DNA of 32,000 nucleotides from Catenibacterium mitsuokai (lineage in GTDB: Bacteria > Bacillota_I > Bacilli_A > Erysipelotrichales > Coprobacillaceae). Both the position numbers and the translations under genes were made by a program. Shown one piece after another: positions 27,341 through 32,000 of this stretch. The first letter of the stretch is position 1, and each line of letters begins with the position of its first letter. A model generated the notes under the pieces. The model saw only the letters and a program-made list of their open reading frames with translations, was not told where the DNA came from and ran no database searches. The stretch is from contig NZ_CP102271.1 of the NCBI RefSeq assembly GCF_025148785.1, forward strand, positions 77,434 through 109,433, written 5' to 3'.

Positions 27341-27348
27341 TCTAAAAT
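27341..27348 (+). repeat. Right target-site duplication of the ISL3 element
   Basis: TCTAAAAT. Confidence 0.8.
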
Positions 27349-27381
27349 AGTATATTATTAAAGATAAGGAAGGGTAAGACG

Positions 27382-28293
27382 ATGAAAAGATTATTATGCT
27401 TATTATTATGTAGTATATTGTTTGTGGCATGCGGTACTACAAAAGAGACAAAAAAGAAAGACACGGCAGTGGTAGAGAAGCAAAAGAAAAAGAAAGAGGA
27501 AAATAAGAAGTTAGAGGAACAAAAGAAAAAGGAAGAAGAAGCTAAGAAACTAGAAGAACAGAAGAAGTTAGAAGAACAGAAAAAACTAGAGGAACAGAAG
27601 AAAGCTGAGGAAGCTAAAAGACAGGAAGAATTAAAAAGACAACAGGCATCTGTTGCGACAAATAATAATGTGGTAGCCATTGATGCAGGACATCAAGCAA
27701 GAGGTAATTCACAATTGGAACCGATTGGTCCTGGTGCTTCAACACAAAAGGCTAAGGTTGCAGGAGGAGCAACAGGTACTGCGACACGTATTCCTGAATA
27801 CCAGACAACGCTTAATGTTAGCTTAAAACTAAGAAATGTATTACAGTCTAGAGGGTATAAGGTTGTTATGATCCGTACAACCAATAATGTGAATATCTCT
27901 AATAGAGAAAGAGCTGAAATGGCTAATAACGCAGGAGCAGGTGCTTTTATTAGATTACATTGTGATGGTATTGGTAATAGCGGTGTGACTGGTGCAAGTG
28001 TACAGGAACCAGCTAATGGAAATCCTTATATGAGTGCAGGTAATGTGTCTGCTTCACAATCTTTAGGAAGAACAGTACTTAATCACTATTGCAGTACTAC
28101 AGGTATTAGAAATAGAGGAATGGCTGCACGTAATGACTTAAGTGGAATCAACTGGTGTAAGACACCTGTATGCTTACTTGAAATGGGATTCATTTCTAAT
28201 GGTGATGAAGACAGAAAGTTAAACAACAGTGATTTCCAACAGAGAATTGCGGAAGGTATTGCGAATGGTATTGATGCATATTTTGGTCGATAA
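27382..28293 (+). CDS. Lipoprotein N-acetylmuramoyl-L-alanine amidase (Amidase_3-like)
   Basis: Lipobox LFVACG; KKLEEQ-type charged repeats; VVAIDAGHQ...EPIGPG, IPEYQTTLNVSLKLRNVLQSRGYKVVMIRTTNN, FIRLHCDG, EMGFISN. Confidence 0.88.
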   Translation: MKRLLCLLLCSILFVACGTTKETKKKDTAVVEKQKKKKEENKKLEEQKKKEEEAKKLEEQKKLEEQKKLEEQKKAEEAKRQEELKRQQASVATNNNVVAIDAGHQARGNSQLEPIGPGASTQKAKVAGGATGTATRIPEYQTTLNVSLKLRNVLQSRGYKVVMIRTTNNVNISNRERAEMANNAGAGAFIRLHCDGIGNSGVTGASVQEPANGNPYMSAGNVSASQSLGRTVLNHYCSTTGIRNRGMAARNDLSGINWCKTPVCLLEMGFISNGDEDRKLNNSDFQQRIAEGIANGIDAYFGR

Positions 28294-28336
28294 TAATTGC
28301 ATTTATGCCTATTAACTGTTTATAATGTCTCTTGAT

Positions 28337-28361
28337 AAGGTTATCCTTAGAGGATAACCTT
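28337..28361 (+). terminator. Strong hairpin between amidase and ttcA-like genes, possible weak terminator
   Basis: AAGGTTATCCT-TAG-AGGATAACCTT, 11-bp perfect stem; followed by GAATTTTAG rather than a full T run. Confidence 0.45.
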
Positions 28362-28411
28362 GAATTTTAGAGTATATTCCTATGCATTTAGTAGGAACTA
28401 GAGGTGAAACA

Positions 28412-29251
28412 ATGGATAACATTAAAGCGATAGAACGTAGTATTATTACAAACTTTAGAAAACCTTTATGGCGTAGATTTATTAAGGGTATTCAGGATTA
28501 TGAATTGATTGAACCTGGTGATAAGATTGCGGTATGTATTTCAGGTGGAAAGGATTCAATGCTTCTTGCAAAGTTATTACAGGAATTACAGAGACATGGT
28601 AAGTTTCATTTTGATTTAGAGTTCATCTGTATGGATCCAGGCTATAATCCTGCCAATAGAAAACTGATTGAAGAGAATGCAGAAAAGCTAGGTATTCCTA
28701 TTCAGTTCTATGAGTCAGATATATTCAATGTCGTACATGGAATAGAAAAGAATCCATGTTATTTATGTGCAAGAATGCGCAGAGGGTTCTTATATAATAG
28801 AGCACAGGAATTAGGATGTAATAAGATTGCGTTAGGACATCATTATTCTGATGTCATAGAAACAATATTAATGGGTATGATGTATGGGGCTCAGATCCAG
28901 ACTATGATGCCTAAACTTCATAGTAAGAACTTTAAAGGTATGGAATTAATTCGCCCTATGTATTTGATTCATGAAGAAGATATTATTGCCTGGGCTGAGA
29001 AGTTTAATTTAAAGTTCTTACAGTGTGCATGTCGTTTTACAGAAGAATCTGAAGCGCGTGGAGAAATTGAACATACATCTAAACGTGCAGAAACTAAGAT
29101 GTTGATTAAGAAACTAAGAGAAATCAATCCTAAAGTAGAACAGAATATCTTTAAGAGTGTAGAGAATGTCAATCTTAAAACAATTATTGCCTATACTGAC
29201 TGGGATGAATCAAAGAAGAGTTTCTTAGATTTCTATAAGGAGCAGGACTAA
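28412..29251 (+). CDS. TtcA-like tRNA 2-thiolation / PP-loop ATPase
   Basis: KIAVCISGGKDSMLLAKLLQEL PP-loop; PCYLCARMRRGFLYNRAQELGCNKIALGHHYSDVIETILMGM; GAGGTG before ATG 28412. Confidence 0.85.
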   Translation: MDNIKAIERSIITNFRKPLWRRFIKGIQDYELIEPGDKIAVCISGGKDSMLLAKLLQELQRHGKFHFDLEFICMDPGYNPANRKLIEENAEKLGIPIQFYESDIFNVVHGIEKNPCYLCARMRRGFLYNRAQELGCNKIALGHHYSDVIETILMGMMYGAQIQTMMPKLHSKNFKGMELIRPMYLIHEEDIIAWAEKFNLKFLQCACRFTEESEARGEIEHTSKRAETKMLIKKLREINPKVEQNIFKSVENVNLKTIIAYTDWDESKKSFLDFYKEQD

Positions 29252-29934
29252 TGGATGATCAGTTTACAAGATTAAGATGGGTGGCAGGTAATGAGTCTAT
29301 TGATATCATGAAGACTAAACATGTTGCAGTGTTTGGTTGTGGTGGTGTTGGAGGCTATGTCATTGAAGGGTTGGTTCGCTCTGGTATAGGAACAATTGAT
29401 GTATTTGATCATGATACAGTGGATATCACAAATCTCAATAGACAGATAATTGCCTTACATTCTACAGTAGGTAAGAAAAAAGTAGATATTATTAAAGAAC
29501 GTATGTTAGATATTAATCCAAATTTAAATATAAATACGTTTGATACATTTTATTTACCAGAGAATGCTGATACAATAGATTTATCTCAATATGATTATGT
29601 AATTGATGCAATTGATACAGTAACTGCAAAGATAGAATTGATTAAGAGATGTACAGAATTGAATGTACCTATTATTTCTTCTATGGGTACAGGAAATAAA
29701 CTTGATCCTTCTCACTTACAGATTACTGATATCTATAAGACAAAGATTGATCCTCTTGCGAAAGTCATGAGAAGAGAATTAAAAGCAAGAAGAATTAAAA
29801 AGTGTTTAGTTGCTTATTCAGATGAGATTCCTGCAAAGACAGGACAGAGAACACCAGGTAGTAGTGTATTTGTGCCAGCGAGTGCAGGATTAATGATTGC
29901 AGGATATGTGTTTCAATCATTGATAGGAGGATAA
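29251..29934 (+). CDS. tcdA: tRNA threonylcarbamoyladenosine dehydratase-like (E1-like ThiF fold)
   Basis: FTRLRWVAGNESIDIMKTKHVAVFGCGGVGGYVIEGLVRSGIGTIDVFDHDTVDITNLNRQI...GTGNKLDPS. Confidence 0.85.
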   Translation: MDDQFTRLRWVAGNESIDIMKTKHVAVFGCGGVGGYVIEGLVRSGIGTIDVFDHDTVDITNLNRQIIALHSTVGKKKVDIIKERMLDINPNLNINTFDTFYLPENADTIDLSQYDYVIDAIDTVTAKIELIKRCTELNVPIISSMGTGNKLDPSHLQITDIYKTKIDPLAKVMRRELKARRIKKCLVAYSDEIPAKTGQRTPGSSVFVPASAGLMIAGYVFQSLIGG

Positions 29935-29938
29935 TAGT

Positions 29939-30487
29939 ATGGCTAAAGTTGCAGTTTTAATGGCAGATGGTTTTGAAGAAGTAGAAGCCTTAGGTGTAGT
30001 AGATATCTTAAGACGTGCAGAGGTGGATGTAGACACTGTTTCTATTAAAGAGGAGCAGGTTGTCATTTCTTCTAGAAACATTCCTGTACGTGCCGATAAG
30101 ACACTTACAGACATGGATTATTATGATATGATTGTGATTCCTGGAGGAGCAGGTGCATGGACCTTAAGAGATGATGATCGTATTATTTCACTCATTAAGA
30201 AATATGATCATGAAGAAAGATATATTGCCGCTATATGTGCAGGACCTATGGCTTTAGGTAAAGCAGGTGTAATCACTAATAAGAAAGTCACTTCTTATCC
30301 AGGAGAAGAAATTGAAAGCTATTTAAAAGCAGGTAAATATGTTGAAGAAGAAGTGGTTGTAGATGGTCATATTATTACAAGTAGAGGACCAGCCACAGCA
30401 TTTGCGTTTGCTTATAAGCTTTTAGATGTATTAGGTATTGATTCATCAAGCCTTAAGCATGGAATGTTATATGATTTATACAGATAG
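29939..30487 (+). CDS. DJ-1/PfpI family protein
   Basis: KVAVLMADGFEEVEALGVVDILRRAEVDV, VIPGGAGAWTLRDD, YIAAICAGPMALGKAGV. Confidence 0.9.
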   Translation: MAKVAVLMADGFEEVEALGVVDILRRAEVDVDTVSIKEEQVVISSRNIPVRADKTLTDMDYYDMIVIPGGAGAWTLRDDDRIISLIKKYDHEERYIAAICAGPMALGKAGVITNKKVTSYPGEEIESYLKAGKYVEEEVVVDGHIITSRGPATAFAFAYKLLDVLGIDSSSLKHGMLYDLYR

Positions 30488-30507
30488 CCTTTGTGCTATC
30501 TTTTTTT
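30483..30507 (+). terminator. Rho-independent terminator
   Basis: GATAGC-CTTTGT-GCTATC then TTTTTTT. Confidence 0.75.
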
Positions 30508-30512
30508 AATGC

Positions 30513-30540
30513 GAAAAAAAACGATCCCGAAGGATCGTAG
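30513..30540 (-). terminator. Terminator of the tRNA-Glu gene
   Basis: Minus strand: CTACGATCCTTCGGGATCGTTTTTTT. Confidence 0.75.
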
Positions 30541-30549
30541 TATTTAATA

Positions 30550-30625
30550 TGGTGACCGGTACGGGATTCGAACCCGTGAATGCATGCGTGAAAGGCATGT
30601 GAGTTAACCGTTTCTCCAACCGGCC
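30550..30625 (-). tRNA. tRNA-Glu (anticodon UUC), CCA encoded
   Basis: Minus strand GGCCGGTTGGAGAAACGGTTAACTCACATGCCTTTCACGCATGCATTCACGGGTTCGAATCCCGTACCGGTCACCA: full cloverleaf, loop CUUUCAC. Confidence 0.95.
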
Positions 30626-30673
30626 AGCGGAATTGAGTATATCATAGGAGAAACGAATACGTCAATAGTTATT

Positions 30674-31072
30674 TTAATATTTTGATAAGGAAAATGCTGA
30701 AATTTTTTTGTCTTTAAAAGTAAATTTAATTTGTATATTCTTCTCTTTATATTTATAGGTTATTGTACCTTTTCCGTTATTGTAATGGTCAGAAGTAGGA
30801 GAAGAATAAGTATGCTTTACTCTAGAATAATCAGTTCCAACAGTAATATTATTCTTAAGTTTATACTTCTTAGTAAAGAGAGTGATTGTTTGGATTTTTC
30901 CATCCTTTTCTGAATATTGAATATTAGAATCAAATAAAGCATCTGACATCTTTGATGCACTCACACCAGGATAGAGCTCTTTATTTTTATAAATGATTGT
31001 ATAGTCTTTTATATCAGTTTGAGCACTACATGCACATAATAAGAGACATAGTAATAATAGTATCTTCTTCAT
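30674..31072 (-). CDS. Small lipoprotein of unknown function
   Basis: MKKILLLLCLLLCACSAQTD lipobox; AGGAGG upstream. Confidence 0.7.
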   Translation of the reverse strand: MKKILLLLCLLLCACSAQTDIKDYTIIYKNKELYPGVSASKMSDALFDSNIQYSEKDGKIQTITLFTKKYKLKNNITVGTDYSRVKHTYSSPTSDHYNNGKGTITYKYKEKNIQIKFTFKDKKISAFSLSKY

Positions 31073-31170
31073 ATGTATACCTCCTTGTCTTTATATTAGA
31101 ACTTTAATAAGAAATTGCAAGAGAAGTTTGACAGGGAGTAACTACTGTTTAGCAGAGTAAAGAAATGTCA

Positions 31171-31195
31171 AAGAAAAAAGACTTCATTTGAAGTC
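31171..31195 (-). terminator. Rho-independent terminator of the permease-like gene
   Basis: Minus strand: AAAGACTTCAAATGAAGTCTTTTTTTC. Confidence 0.75.
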
Positions 31196-31196
31196 T

Positions 31197-32000
31197 TTAA
31201 CGGATGTGGTGTTTTGATATCATCTTTTGGATGAATATAGGTATAATGCATTCTATTACAAATGAAGAAGCATAGAATGATACGATATGAATTTTTGTGA
31301 TAGGCATGATTAATGGGATAATCATCATCTTTATTGTAAAAATCATAATTACTTCTAGAAGAATCCATACAAATGTACCTAATATTAATGCGTTTTTCAA
31401 GTATGTGCGATAGAAGCTGTGATCTATTCTCTTAACTGTTAATCCCATGTTATAGAGATAATCTCTTGTCTGTTTTTCTTCTCTTAAAATGAGATACTTA
31501 AGGTAAAAATAGAAACCATACAATAATATAAAGACAACTGCAATGAATTCTATCAATACTTTCTGATTGTTATTGATAAGAGAATTGATTGCATCATTAT
31601 CTACAAATGCACCCTCTACTTTAAAACCTAATCTTTCTAATTCATTCTTTACTTGATTGATATTCTTAAGACTATCTACTCTTAATGTATAAGCATCTGG
31701 ACGCCATGGTGTTTTCATGATGATATCATCTACATCATTCATAGTATAATTTTCAGGAAGAACATTTTCAATTTTTACATAACCTTTTTCACTATGAGGA
31801 TCCTCTATATTATAAATAACAACACTTTCTTTGGCTTTAAAAGCTTCCATATATGGTGTAATACAGTCTCTAGGAATGTAAACATACGCATCTCCTGTGC
31901 CAACACTATTTGTGCTTATAGCTGTTCCTGATTTTAAAATTCCTCGTACAGGCAGGGTCATATAAACAAGTTTTACACAAGGTGTGTTGATATCGATCCA
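31197..32000 (-). CDS. Membrane protein, FtsX/ABC-permease-like C-terminal part (start outside window)
   Basis: Frame remains open to the window edge (WIDINTPCVKLVYMTLPVRG...); three or more TM segments at the C-terminus; periplasmic-like domain before them. Confidence 0.55.
   Translation of the reverse strand, partial: WIDINTPCVKLVYMTLPVRGILKSGTAISTNSVGTGDAYVYIPRDCITPYMEAFKAKESVVIYNIEDPHSEKGYVKIENVLPENYTMNDVDDIIMKTPWRPDAYTLRVDSLKNINQVKNELERLGFKVEGAFVDNDAINSLINNNQKVLIEFIAVVFILLYGFYFYLKYLILREEKQTRDYLYNMGLTVKRIDHSFYRTYLKNALILGTFVWILLEVIMIFTIKMMIIPLIMPITKIHIVSFYASSFVIECIIPIFIQKMISKHHIR

Noticed and set aside
27540-27640. Tandem-like AG-rich repeats as a possible CRISPR or minisatellite
   Set aside because: They are in-frame codons for a KKLEEQ-type linker of the amidase lipoprotein; no spacer architecture. 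No CRISPR array seen anywhere in the window.
30674-31072. Small lipoprotein and nearby genes as a possible toxin/immunity pair
   Set aside because: Only a lipobox and a beta-rich secreted domain are visible; no toxin or immunity signature and no partner gene.
31168-31368. 66-aa minus-strand ORF overlapping the permease-like gene end
   Set aside because: Overlaps a better-supported CDS and its terminator; composition and lack of SD suggest a spurious ORF.

Overview
Low-GC Firmicutes chromosome segment (Erysipelotrichia/Coprobacillaceae-like by feel; taxonomy is inference). Contents from left to right: 3' end of a MetQ/NlpA lipoprotein; nitroreductase, GAF/fRMsr and KptA/Tpt1 genes; a FeoA-FeoB fusion; an unknown 146-aa protein; a ZIP transporter; a secreted Ig-like repeat protein; a ROK-like regulator; SDR; deoxyinosine glycosylase-like; small multidrug export-like membrane protein; a yybP-ykoY (Mn2+) riboswitch ahead of a P2-type ATPase; a DtxR/MntR-family regulator divergent from a feoA-feoA-feoB-(TM+HMA)-(Cys-rich membrane) operon; rubredoxin (38 aa, missed by the ORF track); an IS3-family element with an extra opposite-strand ORF; a lipoprotein; an Arg-type T-box leader followed by argGHCJB; an ISL3-family element with an 8-bp target duplication; a lipoprotein amidase; TtcA-like, TcdA-like and DJ-1 genes; tRNA-Glu(UUC); a lipoprotein; and a partial FtsX-like permease. 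The most interesting non-coding signals are: (1) five TTAG-N6-CTAA-type inverted repeats (DtxR-family-like operators), four in the feo promoter region and one on a separate promoter that appears to drive an unannotated ~110-nt transcript with an anti-Shine-Dalgarno CCUCCUUU segment, i.e. a candidate metal-regulated sRNA; (2) a 12-bp SD-sequestering hairpin that competes with P1 of the Mn riboswitch; (3) a 7-codon MKERRSS leader peptide, bracketed by complementary arms, between the Arg T-box terminator and argG; (4) an apparent passenger gene inside the IS3 element. No CRISPR array or obvious defence or phage module was seen. All calls are from reading the sequence; no database or folding program was run.
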